Shown here piece after piece: positions 11,841 to 23,576 of a DNA stretch of 39,901 bases. Below the pieces are notes generated by a model. It did not search any database and was not told where the DNA came from. It worked only from the letters and a program-made list of their open reading frames with translations. The stretch is from positions 23,055,408-23,095,308 of the forward strand of contig NC_068995.1 of the NCBI RefSeq assembly GCF_001194135.2, written 5' to 3'. Within the stretch, counting starts at the first letter, position 1. Each line of letters starts with the position of its first letter. The position numbers and the translations under genes were made by a program. This stretch comes from Octopus bimaculoides (taxonomy: Eukaryota).

Positions 11841-12219
11841 TAGGACAGTAAAACATGCTAACACATCTATGTACATATACACATACATATACATATGTGC
11901 GTGTGTGTGATAGTTATCCCTTCGTGTCAGTATGAATGTTAATTTAGCTATGTGGGTATTTCTGTGTGATAGGGGGTAGGTGATGGGAATAGAGGAAAGA
12001 ATGGTAGTAATATGGAGATGGAGGTGTATGTTGTGGTGCTGGATTTATTTACAATTCCCTCTGCAGATTTTAAGGATGATCATTCATTCACTAGTCCTTA
12101 ACATTAGACAATAGCCGACATAATGAAATAGCTTTCTTTGCACACCCTGAAAGTTACCATAAACGAATTTTATATAGTAAAGCGAGTAGCCACATCAAAC
12201 TGGCAGATGTATGTTACTA

Positions 12220-12416
12220 CTAGTTTAACCCCAGGCGGATTCTCCGCCAGCTGGTTTTCGGGGCAAGCTCTACACCTTTATATACAATATATCGCTAGCA
12301 GGGGGAGCGAACGCATACTATTCCCCAACAGCTGACAGGATCGCGGGACCGTTCGCTTTCGTGCTATTTAGCTTACATCCGCCGCGCGCACCTGCACAGT
12401 GGACTGATAGCTAAGA
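12220..12416 (-). mobile_element. Non-autonomous mini-Helitron (197 bp)
   Basis: Minus strand reads A|TCTTAGC ... GGCGGA-GAA-TCCGCC hairpin, 10 nt, CTAG|T. All Helitron terminal hallmarks are present (5' TC, 3' CTRR, subterminal hairpin, A|T target). Confidence 0.7.
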
Positions 12417-12439
12417 TCCGCTTCTGCCAGCGACATATT

Positions 12440-12651
12440 ATTTTCTACTCTAGGCCCAAGCCCGAATTTTGGGAGATGGGGGCCATTTGATTAGATCGAC
12501 CCAAGCAAGCAACTGGTACTTAATTTACGGACCCCGAAAGAATGAAAGGCACAGTCGACCTCGGCGGGATTCGAACTCAGAACGTGAAGACAGACGAAAT
12601 ACCTCTAAGCATTTCGCCCGGTGTGCTAACCTTTTCACCAGCTCGCCGCCT
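12440..12651 (-). mobile_element. tRNA-derived SINE family S2 with decayed 18-bp target-site duplication
   Basis: B box GTTCGAATCCC (minus strand, 12567-12577); flanks TTCTGCCAGCGACATATT (12422-12439) and TTCTGCCAGCAATGTATT (12652-12669), 15/18 identical. Confidence 0.85.
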
Positions 12652-12710
12652 TTCTGCCAGCAATGTATTGTAAATATAGTGACTATACATGTATATATAC
12701 ATGTATATGT

Positions 12711-13138
12711 TATAATAATATAAATAATATATAAATATATGCATATATCCATACATATATGTACATACCTACATCTATATGTATACATACATGCATATAT
12801 GTGTACAGGGCATCAAAAAAAAAACCTTAAACACAATGAGAAACGAAAACATAAAAACGAAAACATAGAAAACGAACTTTTTTCGAACAACGAAAAAAAC
12901 AAACAGAGAAACGAGACATGCAACATAAAGAGTATACTCCACTCTTTATGTTGCATGTCTCCTTTCTCTGTTTTTATTTTTTTCGAAAAAATGTTCGTTC
13001 TCTGTTTTCGTTTCTCATTGTATTTAACGTTTTTTATGTGTTGTAACCATATATGCATGTATGTATACATATAGATGTAGGTATGTACATATATGTATGG
13101 ATATATGCATATATTTATATATTATTTATATTATTATA
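12711..13138. repeat. 428-bp palindrome / foldback
   Basis: 12711-12801 is the exact reverse complement of 13048-13138 (91 bp); diverged middle arms; exact 21-bp inner stem 12913-12933/12941-12961 around a 7-nt loop. Confidence 0.95.
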
Positions 13139-13239
13139 TGATCGAACGCCACGCATCCTTTTCCAAGTAAGTTTCATCTCTACATTTTATATATTGTGTC
13201 AGTTATTAGACTGGTTAAATAATCAAAGGTCCAGTAACC

Positions 13240-14030
13240 CGCTACTAGATCTAGTATACTTCAGCCGTGATAGATGAGCCAGGTGTAATGAAATCATAAT
13301 GGATCACACCTGCGCCAGACGACCAAACGCACACCATCAGCTTCTTTGGATGAATCTTGCTTTTTAGACTGTGTTTTGGGTGGCTCGTCTTTGTCCAGCC
13401 ATTGTGCTGAACGTTTACGGTTGTTGTATTGGATCCATTTTTTATCACATGTTAAAATTCGATTAAAAAGTGACTCTTTCTTGTGACAAGAAATTAGCAT
13501 AATGCAGGCTTCCAAATGTTGCTGTTTCTGATTTTCATTGGGTTCATGTGGAACCCACTTATCCAACTTTTTCACTTTACCGATTTGAACTAAGTGAGTC
13601 AATATTATTTGCTTGCTAACACCAAACAGCAACAATAATTCACGGGCACTTTGAGATGGATCTGACTCGGCGGTGGTTTTCAGTTCGTCATTAACCACCT
13701 TTGTTTCTGGTCGACCGCGTTGCTCATTTGTCAGGTCAAAGTTACAAGAATGAAATTTTCCAAACCAATCTGATACTGTCTGCTGTATAACAATATTAGA
13801 ATTAAAAAATACTCCATTAATATTCCGAGCTGTCTGTTATGCTGTATTTCCAAGGAAGAACTCATATTTCAAAACTGTACGAATTTCCGACTTATCCATC
13901 TCTAAACAAGAAAAGCACAAAATGAGTTAGAATAAATAAATAGATATGTCAGCCTTTTAACAAAAAATAAGCATTGTCAAAATTTAATAATGGCGCAAAA
14001 TGAGTAGCTTTCAAAGTTTGCAATATACCT
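13240..14030 (-). mobile_element. Mariner transposon remnant (transposase pseudogene, C-terminal half lost)
   Basis: ATG at 13899: MDKSEIRTVLKYEF...RGRPETKVVNDELK...KKLDKWVPHEP...RILTCDKKW, frameshifting to HPKKLMVCVW...GVIHYDF (mariner WVPHEL and first catalytic D region). Ends approximate. Confidence 0.9.
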
Positions 14031-14065
14031 TACTACAAATTTCATACTTGACGACCTAATATATA

Positions 14066-14290
14066 TATATATGAAGATATTTCCTCCATCCGGCTGCTTT
14101 TCTTTCTACAAAACGGGAGGTTACATTGGGGAACGGTTATTTTAACGAGTTGTATTACCTTATCACCCGACGAGGTATCTCTGCAATGCGGAATATTCCT
14201 AAACAAGTTGTTGAGTGTCCCACACAAGGGGAATCGATGCTCGATGTGTCGAAACATTTGTCGTGATTAATAATAAATTCTCATATATTT
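14066..14290 (+). mobile_element. Penelope-like terminal-repeat unit (homologous to 28535-28715)
   Basis: Shares ATGAAG, CTGCTTTTCTTT, GGAAC.GTTA.TTTAACGAGTT.TAT and TATCA.C.GA.GAG with 28541-28649; both copies follow (TA)n. Confidence 0.55.
14162..14267 (+). ncRNA. Hammerhead-like motif with long loop II (decayed)
   Basis: ATCAC-CCGACGA-GGTATCT...ATGTGTC-GAAA-CATTTG-TC-GTGAT; stem I perfect 5 bp; homolog at 28642 has canonical CTGAAGA-GACACAT. Confidence 0.45.
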
Positions 14291-14410
14291 CATCTTCCGT
14301 CTTTCGTTTGCCATATACATAACGGTCACTGTGAAAGTGACCGTGCAATACCAGAAAGTACCAGGTATAAACCATTCGTTTTATTATCCATCACATATGA
14401 TACATATATT

Positions 14411-14441
<31 letters not shown>

Positions 14442-14673
14442 NNNNNNNNNNNNNNNNNNNNNNNNNNNNNNNNNNNNNNNNNNNNNNNNNNNNNNNNNNN
14501 NNNNNNNNNNNNNNNNNNNNNNNNNNNNNNNNNNNNNNNNNNNNNNNNNNNNNNNNNNNNNNNNNNNNNNNNNNNNNNNNNNNNNNNNNNNNNNNNNNNN
14601 NNNNNNNNNNNNNNNNNNNNNNNNNNNNNNNNNNNNNNNNNNNNNNNNNNNNNNNNNNATATATATATATATA

Positions 14674-15118
14674 GGCGTACGAGTAGCTATGTGGTAAGAA
14701 GCTTGCTTCTCAACCACATGGATCAGTGTCGCGTCCCACTGCGTAGCACCTTGGGCAAGTGTCTTCTATTATAGCCTTGGACCGACGAATTCCTTATGAG
14801 TGAATCTGGTAGACAGAAGCAGAGAAGCCCGTCCTATACATATATGTGTCTGTGTGTCTGTGTGTATGTGCGTGCGCGCGTGTGCGTGTGTCTGTGTGTG
14901 TGTGTTTGTTTAGGTGTCTGTTTTTGTCCGCCATCAACACAGCCTGTGTTGGTGTGTTTATGTCCCCGTAACTGAGCAGTACGGCAAAAGAGACCGATAG
15001 AATAAATACCAGACATAAAGAATAGGTGCAGGGGTCGATTCCAGCGACTAAAAATTCAGGCAGTGCCCCAGCATGGCCGCAATCTAATGATTGAGACAGG
15101 TCAAATATAAGAAATAAA
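14674..15118 (+). mobile_element. SINE family S1, full length
   Basis: Head, central (GT)/(TG) microsatellite and tail; homologous to three other segments in the window. Confidence 0.85.
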
Positions 15119-15225
15119 CGATGTATACACAGAAAAAAAAAGAAGCGTAGCGTATTATATATACATATATTGATTTAACGAGTATTACTCAACATAATTG
15201 TTGAACTAGTAATGATAGTTTTAAC

Positions 15226-15387
15226 CTCCAAAATGTATTTCAGTGAAGGAGATATTTGAGTGTCTATTTCTGAAAAAAACGCTGAATTTGGTTAATATAA
15301 GATGATCTGTCTTAATGGAACAAGTAAAAATATTCCCATGAAAGTTGATGACTGACGGCGTCCACCAATGAAATACATAAGAATATT
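15226..15387 (-). CDS. Candidate internal exon (162 nt, phase 1-1)
   Basis: ag|...|gt bounded open frame (x)YSYVFHWWTPSVINFHGNIFTCSIKTDHLILTKFSVFFRNRHSNISFTEIHFG; the other two frames are closed; splice sites are weak. Confidence 0.3.
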
Positions 15388-17399
15388 CTAAGTAGCTATG
15401 TTGCTTTGTTTTATTGTTGCCATTTTCTTGTCCCGTCGCGCAGATTTAGGAACAAATATGTTCAACATGAGTAAACTGTATTTTCTTCAGTAACCTGTAT
15501 TTTCTTCAATTTGGGATGTCTGTGTGATAATATTCGGGAGTTAACTGTTATATAAAGTTGGTCATATTGAAATTCCACACATGCACTGTTTCGTATATGC
15601 AATGCTCATAAGTATTTCCTAGTGAGGGTGAAATCGATGTTTTTTACTAGCATCAGAGGATTATAACTATATCGATCATTCATGAGCATCAATACCTACT
15701 TGACATGTGAGAGCTATTTTTGATTTGCATACAACTCATCCATGTTTGCAATTATTTTATAAATTACTACTCGAAATATTACACAATACATTCACAAATA
15801 AGTGAAGTAGTGTAAAAAAAACGCTATACATTTGCTTTTCTATAACTTTCAAACTGTAATGCATAACTCATAATATAGATTAATGAGAGGACAATAAGAA
15901 TTAAATCCTTGAACTCACAGGCAATAACTGCTCCTTGTTTCTCAAATCAACCTATAATTTTTGTAAATGAATACAATAAAGAATAGACTTGCCAAATATA
16001 ATTGCTAAAAATGCTAGATGGATACGGTCTGAAGTACTCTGGTGTCTATGAGTTAATAAAGTTTCTCAAATAAAAAGTATTGCCTATACTATATATGTGA
16101 GTAGCTTCTATTTTGTATATAATAACATATCTATTGCAGTAAGCAAGGAATAGCTAACGACAAGTAATTATGAGGAGACGAAAGACAATAATCTTCAATG
16201 ACTGTACTCGCTAGTGTTCCTATGATATGTGAATTAAATTACACGAACACCATTGAAATACTATTAATTTCTAGATCAATATTTACTTATGATGTCTACT
16301 TTACTAAGTAGATTTCGAAAGTTCCAAATAAAGCATCGTTTTCCGCATAGCATCTAGGTTTTGATATTTCTTACTATTTGTTGTAATGCATCAATGTGAA
16401 TGAAAGCTGGTGCAACCACATAAACTAATCATTAATTTTGCTTTTGCAATGGCTCCGGAACTTTATTTCTTCTTACACTACTAGAAATAAGCTTACATAT
16501 GCAACTTTGTTTTTGCCAATTTTAGGCTCTAAAGGTCTCTATGTAGCTGCACTGATGTAAGCTTCCGATTAGTTAAAGTTAACTAGATACTTTAAAGAGT
16601 AGCTGCTTACTAAAGCAAGTCATGAATTGATATTCCTCGTCAATTATCCACTATCCAGTATAAGAATACTCCAGCCCCCAAACAACTCTCATGGACATTG
16701 AAGATTAATTTCACATAAACTCTTGAATAAAACCCCAATATTTCCATATATAACTGATTTTTGCATGAAATTTCACCAACATAATTTTCTTCTTATAAAC
16801 GCATCTTAAAAGGAATGACTCGGTAAACGTCATATATATTAGTATCATCTAGACACTCAATAGAATATATACCGCGTAGTTAGAGAGTGACTTTGTATCT
16901 CTTAGCGTCCATACTATGTGAATATTTCCCAGTTATAAAACGTAGGTGACTTAAGAAAACCTCAAATGCTCAAATAACTTTGATAATAGAAAAATACATA
17001 CAACAGAAAACATTTAGAATTTCCACAACTGACGAAAGAGCGTATATATCAGGTCATCATACATTGCAATATAATAAGTATTTCTCGTCATATCTTAAAG
17101 GACATCAACCAAAAGAAACCTGCTACAATATAATTAAAACTTCCTCTACATCTCTGAAGCAGATTGTCTACGACCTAGTTTTAAAAACAGAGAGCAGATT
17201 CTAGTTAATAATACTACAGTAAAATATAAATTGCAGGGAAGTAATAGAGCCAAGAAGGTAAAATATATTTTACCCCGAACTTCCATATAATTAAAAACGG
17301 CTTTGAAATGCTGTTCAGTGTCATGCAGGTGAGTGAAAAATTAATATCAATTACAAGATTAAGAACAGTAACAATAAAAATATGCATGATAATGATGTT

Positions 17400-17703
17400 G
17401 GGGAAGACGCATGGCTCAGTGGTGAGAGCGTCGAGCTTACGGGCTGCGTGTTGTGTTCTTGAGCAAGAAACTTATTTCACGTTGTTCCAGTTCACTCAGC
17501 TGTAGAAATGAGTTGCAACATCACTGGTGCCAAGCTGTATCGGCCTTTGCCTTTCCCTCGGATAACATCAGTAACGTGGAGAGGGTAGTGTGGTATGCAT
17601 GAGCGACTGCTGGCCTTCCATAAACAACCTTGCCCGTACTTGTGCCTCGGACGGTAACTTTCTAGGTGCAATCCCATGGTCATTCTTGACCAAAGGGGGT
17701 CTC
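17400..17703 (+). mobile_element. tRNA-derived SINE family S3 (B box deleted)
   Basis: A box TGGCTCAGTGG at 17412, then GTTGTGTTCTTGAGCAAG...CAGCTGTAGAAATGAG central domain shared with 31142-31208. Confidence 0.75.
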
Positions 17704-17867
17704 CTCCTCCTATCCTAATGATGATGATGATCATGAAGAGGATTATGATGATGATGATGATGATGATTTTTTTATTGACCACGGATGTTTTACATTAAGA
17801 AAAACATTATGAATTATACCATTGGGTTCGCAATATTTGAATAGTATTTCCATGTTGTTTCTTCTTC

Positions 17868-17920
17868 AGCTTCTTCTTCATTTTCTTTTTCTTCTTCTTC
17901 TTCTTCTTCTTCTTCTTCTT

Positions 17921-18018
<98 letters not shown>
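17868..18018. repeat. (CTT)n-(ATT)n compound microsatellite before an N gap
   Basis: Direct reading. Confidence 0.95.
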
Positions 18019-18679
18019 NNNNNNNNNNNNNNNNNNNNNNNNNNNNNNNNNNNNNNNNNNNNNNNNNNNNNNNNNNNNNNNNNNNNNNNNNNNNNNNNNN
18101 NNNNNNNNNNNNNNNNNNNNNNNNNNNNNNNNNNNNNNNNNNNNNNNNNNNNNNNNNNNNNNNNNNNNNNNNNNNNNNNNNNNNNNNNNNNNNNNNNNNN
18201 NNNNNNNNNNNNNNNNNNNNNNNNNNNNNNNNNNNNNNNNNNNNNNNNNNNNNNNNNNNNNNNNNNNNNNNNNNNNNNNNNNNNNNNNNNNNNNNNNNNN
18301 NNNNNNNNNNNNNNNNNNNNNNNNNNNNNNNNNNNNNNNNNNNNNNNNNNNNNNNNNNNNNNNNNNNNNNNNNNNNNNNNNNNNNNNNNNNNNNNNNNNN
18401 NNNNNNNNNNNNNNNNNNNNNNNNNNNNNNNNNNNNNNNNNNNNNNNNNNNNNNNNNNNNNNNNNNNNNNNNNNNNNNNNNNNNNNNNNNNNNNNNNNNN
18501 NNNNNNNNNNNNNNNNNNNNNNNNNNNNNNNNNNNNNNNNNNNNNNNNNNNNNNNNNNNNNNNNNNNNNNNNNNNNNNNNNNNNNNNNNNNNNNNNNNNN
18601 NNNNNNNNNNNNNNNNNNNNNNNNNNNNNNNNNNNNNNNNNNNNNNNNNNNNNNNNNNNNNNNNNNNNNNNNNNNNNNN

Positions 18680-19590
18680 GTGTAAATGCAGATGAAATGA
18701 TGGGCAAGGAAGAGTTTAACCAAAGTGCTGAGGAGAAGAGAAAAGAAGACCTTCTTGAAATGAGAATACATGGACAGTTTGAAAGGAATACAAAATACGT
18801 TAAAGATAATACAGCATCGTGGGCGTGGCGTGATCGAGGTGATTTGAAGCGTTCCACCGAAAGCCTGATCACAGGACCATGCTCTTGCTACAAATTCAGT
18901 GAAATATAAAACTTCTGACACCCTGAAGTATAACACTACTGAAACCCAGAAATGCAGACTCTGTGGAAAGAGTGTGGAAAATGTGGCCCACTTGGTAATT
19001 GAATAGGAGCACTTTGCACAAAAAGAATACAAGCGCCACCATGATAAAATATGTGTGCGTCTTCACTGGGTCTTAAGCCTTAAATACCAATATGAAGAAA
19101 CAGAGAACTGGTATGAGCATGTACCAAGTAAGGCTATGCAGGAGGATGGAAAAGTAACGATACTCTGGGACTATGATCTTCAAACGCATCGTGTAATCGA
19201 ACACCCTCGGTCGGATATTGTCATATTGAATAAGAAGACAAATACTGTCAGATCATTAATGTAGCCATACTAAATGACATGAATGTTGTGAGTAAAGGGG
19301 TTGAAAAAATCACCAAGTACTCCGAATTGAAAGTGGAAATGGTAAGAATGTATGGAATGCGTGAGGGTAAAGTGGTGAACCAGTGGTGATAGGAGGATTG
19401 GGCTCAATCCTATTGAAACTTCAAAACTTCTTAAGGAAATCTCATGCAAGATTGATGTCTTGCAAAAAGCAACCTTATTGGACACATTGCACATTTGAAG
19501 GAAAGTATTATCTATCTGAGGTTCTTGTGACTTGATGGTTAAGTAAATACTCCCAAACGTATAATATCCATTCCTATACGCACTTGTGAA
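18680..19590 (+). mobile_element. Degraded R4/Dong LINE 3' part
   Basis: HGQFER..GDLKRSTESLI, KEYKRHHDKI..LHW, ILWDYDLQTHRVIEHPRSDIVILNKK, EKITKYSELK..QKATLLDTLHI. Confidence 0.85.
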
Positions 19591-20546
19591 TGTATTGTCA
19601 CCAACATCCTGCATGGTAAGTAAACGGCTGCAAGCAGTTAACGGTTTGCAGGCATTTACTCAACATGGGGGAATTCAACATCTATTTTGTATATCGTAAG
19701 CTACCTCTGCCGAGATTCGACATTCAAATAATACTTAATTTTATTAATTAATTTTCTGAAGGTCTTCAATTGAAACAGTTGTAAGGGATGTTTCTCAGTT
19801 TTTTTTTTAATTAACAAATAGTAATTTATTAAATATCGCTTTATTTTCNNNNNNNNNNNNNNNNNNNNNNNNNNNNNNNNNNNNNNNNNNNNNNNNNNNN
19901 NNNNNNNNNNNNNNNNNNNNNNNNNNNNNNNNNNNNNNNNNNNNNNNNNNNNNNNNNNNNNNNNNNNNNNNNNNNNNNNNNNNNNNNNNNNNNNNNNNNN
20001 NNNNNNNNNNNNNNNNNNNNNNNNNNNNNNNNNNNNNNNNNNNNNNNNNNNNNNNNNNNNNNNNNNNNNNNNNNNNNNNNNNNNTATATGTATATGACAA
20101 ACAATAGTAATGTCGTTATATACAGAACAGACGTGTTCCGGTAGAAACAGATATTACTTTTCAGTAGAGTTACTACTTCCATCTCTCATATAGAGATTTT
20201 AGAACTGGCTACTTTGCTTGTTGCAAGGTCAGCGGCTGAATGTCGCTTATTTTTCTATATATTGCGAACTAGAGCGAATGATTACTATTTCTAGCGGACA
20301 GGTGTCAAATATCCTGAAACCAGGCTGGTCTGCTGGTCCCCTGCTTGCAATATATTGGACAAACGTTTTGTCGTTAACCAGAATGAAGGTATTTTCCTAG
20401 GATTAAAAATTAGTAGTAACATCGTTCCGTAGGGAACAGCTACGTTGACGTTGCAACAAACATTACTACTTTTATCTATTATAGAGATTTTAGAACTAGC
20501 TAATTATATATAAAATAGAAGCATTATTATTTCTAAATCTCTCAAA

Positions 20547-20722
20547 GAGAGATATTTCGTAACAGTTCTTTAAATTAAAGGCTATTTGCCAATATAATAC
20601 GGGTGTCATAGAAGGGACAATGTTACTTGGGGCTAAAACAGCAGTAATATCGTCCCTCCAGGACAGCCACATTATGTTGGCAAATAGCCTTCACTTTAAA
20701 GAACTGTTACTGAATATCTCTC
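20547..20722. repeat. Imperfect inverted repeat (80-bp arms, 15-nt spacer), MITE-like
   Basis: Exact blocks GTAACAGTTCTTTAAA (16 nt) and AAGGCTATTTGCCAA (15 nt) are inverted between 20547-20627 and 20643-20722. Confidence 0.85.
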
Positions 20723-23080
20723 TTATTAGATCAGTGACTGTGTGTCATTTTCAAAATCATATATTCGAACGGTGAATTCAGCAACGCCACCAAGCCAAGC
20801 AGCTACTCTGTGTTGATAAAGGGCAATAAGCCAGAACCCAGTCCACAGATGTTGTTTTGCGCAAGAGAGGAGTGCTGAACTCCTTGTTTGAAAAGAACAC
20901 AGATATTGTTTCGTATAGCCAACTGGAAACGACAGTAAGATCGTCCCTTCTAGAACAGGCATATTATGTTGACAAATAACCTTTATTTACTTACTTATAT
21001 ATATATATGTATATATNNNNNNNNNNNNNNNNNNNNNNNNNNNNNNNNNNNNNNNNNNNNNNNNNNNNNNNNNNNNNNNNNNNNNNNNNNNNNNNNNNNN
21101 NNNNNNNNNNNNNNNNNNNNNNNNNNNNNNNNNNNNNNNNNNNNNNNNNNNNNNNNNNNNNNNNNNNNNNNNNNNNNNNNNNNNNNNNNNNNNNNNNNNN
21201 NNNNNNNNNNNNNNNNNNNNNNNNNNNNNNNNNNNNNNNNNNNNNNNNNNNNNNNNNNNNNNNNNNNNNNNNNNNNNNNNNNNNNNNNNNNNNNNNNNNN
21301 NNNNNNNNNNNNNNNNNNNNNNNNNNNNNNNNNNNNNNNNNNNNNNNNNNNNNNNNNNNNNNNNNNNNNNNNNNNNNNNNNNNNNNNNNNNTTATCAAGT
21401 TAGATGTATGCTTTTGGATGCACTTCTACCCCGGACTTTCATGTTGTCATCGATGACGACAGAAGACAAACAGAAGACCATCTCCGTCGATTTCCATTTC
21501 TGACGGCAATGAAATGGTTTGAACTCAAAATGCGGTTGGTCGAACAACTAAATATTAATCATTTTGACTGGGAGAAAAGAGGATTTATGACCTGATTTAA
21601 CTTTAGACAATGAACGTCTGTTCTAAAAATAACCTTTTCAAAATTAAACTATTTATCATAAATTTGAACCAATCTGTTTCACTGTACATGACTATTTTTT
21701 TTTTTTTTTCAAATTGGAGATTTTTATTTTAAACATTAGAGATAGCGATCGGTTGCGTCAAGGGTTTTACCTATAATTCAGCTTTAGTATTAAAACTGCC
21801 GCTTAAATTTTAAGGAAGCGCTTATAGTGTTGCTTAAAGTTTGGAATTAAGCTAAAAACGTAAGGTTAGGCTCTAAGGCGAAGTCGTGTTATTTGAAGTT
21901 AGGGTAAATATTAGATTTAAATAGAAATTAGGGGACTGAAAATATTTGAGTATGTGTGAAATGCTTTTCAAAATTGAAATTTCCTATTTTGAAACGTGGA
22001 ATATTCACCTGAATATTCAAAGAGATAGATATTCGTTCGAAACTTCGCTGAGTGTTTATTCAAATGATTTCAAATAAGCTAAATTGATTGCTTTGTGGTG
22101 TTACCTGTAATACCAAATGTCTCGAACTCATGCAATGTCGGATATTTCAACCAGTTAATAATATGGAGTCTCAAATACCAGCGAGGTCACTTTAGGTTCG
22201 TCACCTAGATGTCGAAAAGGTAACTTGTTCAGAACTGGAGAGAATTCTAATGCTCACACTCGCCATTTCTCTTCTCGTCTCTCCCCCTCTCCCACTCTCA
22301 CTCTTCCCTCGTTTTCTCTCTTTCTCTCTCCCTCCCTCTCTGGCTCACTGACTATTTGTCTATTCACCTCTCTCTTTCACTCTCTATTTCTCTCTCTCTT
22401 GCGCTTTCTCTGTCTTTCTCTCACTCTATGGCTTCTGCTTGTAATTCAAACGTTATAACATTGATACACTATTGACTTGAGAATTGTATTAAAGATACAA
22501 GTAACTTCGATGCACTAACAGACATTTAGGGAATAATTTCACGGTCAGGGATTTGGTTGATCAAACAACTGAATACTGATCGGTTTCACTGAGAGAAAAC
22601 AGGGATTATAAATTGAGTTAATTTTAGGGAATGTATTTTTCTCTCTGCATGTACATGACAAGTCATATATCTTTACTGTTTTTCATGTGCTTCTAGTATT
22701 ATTCTCTTTATATTTCCACATATGGGATAGATAACTTTCTCCTACAGATAAAGAAAACTTCATCTAAACATCTGTGAGCAGCACAACCAATCAGAAACAG
22801 CAGTGAAATACCACCAATTTTACCGCCTTAAAACAGAAAAAAAAATGTATTGTATATAGTAAGATTATATATAACCAAGAATTGCGATAATTGGGAGGCG
22901 TCTCTTCAGAAATATGCTCAGTCAAGTGCAACTCGGAGATAAAATAAAAGGAACGCTGTCCGAGAGAAGAAAGTTAGCTAAAATCTCATCCATCCGAATA
23001 ATGCTCTGTTTAGCATAAAACTTAAAATCATGTAATAGAAATTGTCATCTGCAATGCATACATACAGTCATGCATAGATA

Positions 23081-23127
<47 letters not shown>

Positions 23128-23460
23128 CTTATATATTTTATATTATTGAATGAGGTGTTTAGTTATCATTTTGTTTTCATAAACAATATATTCAGTCATA
23201 TAATATTATTATGGAATAAGTGCAACTGAGTAAACTTTAAATTTAAAAGGATGTATATTTCTAACTTAAGATAATATCCTTTTCAAATTTTGTGACATTA
23301 ATAATATTAAATGTCTATATAAGTGTAACCAACTCTATCCCACCAACACATGCGTACAAAGATATAGACAAGTAAAAACTAAATACACATCATTTCTATC
23401 CACGCATATAGAAACAGAAGCCGGTAAACAATGAAACAGACTAACAGACAGAAATGAAAT

Positions 23461-23535
<75 letters not shown>

Positions 23536-23540
23536 GTAGG

Positions 23541-23576
<36 letters not shown>
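23461..23576 (+). repeat. (GATA)n microsatellite before an N gap
   Basis: Direct reading. Confidence 0.95.

Noticed and set aside
14322-14344. 9-bp hairpin ACGGTCACT/AGTGACCGT
   Set aside because: No CTRR at Helitron distance and no hammerhead core around it; left unexplained.
21770-21940. Degenerate TTAGG/TTAGGG units as telomeric or Helentron-type repeats
   Set aside because: Too few and too irregular to support.
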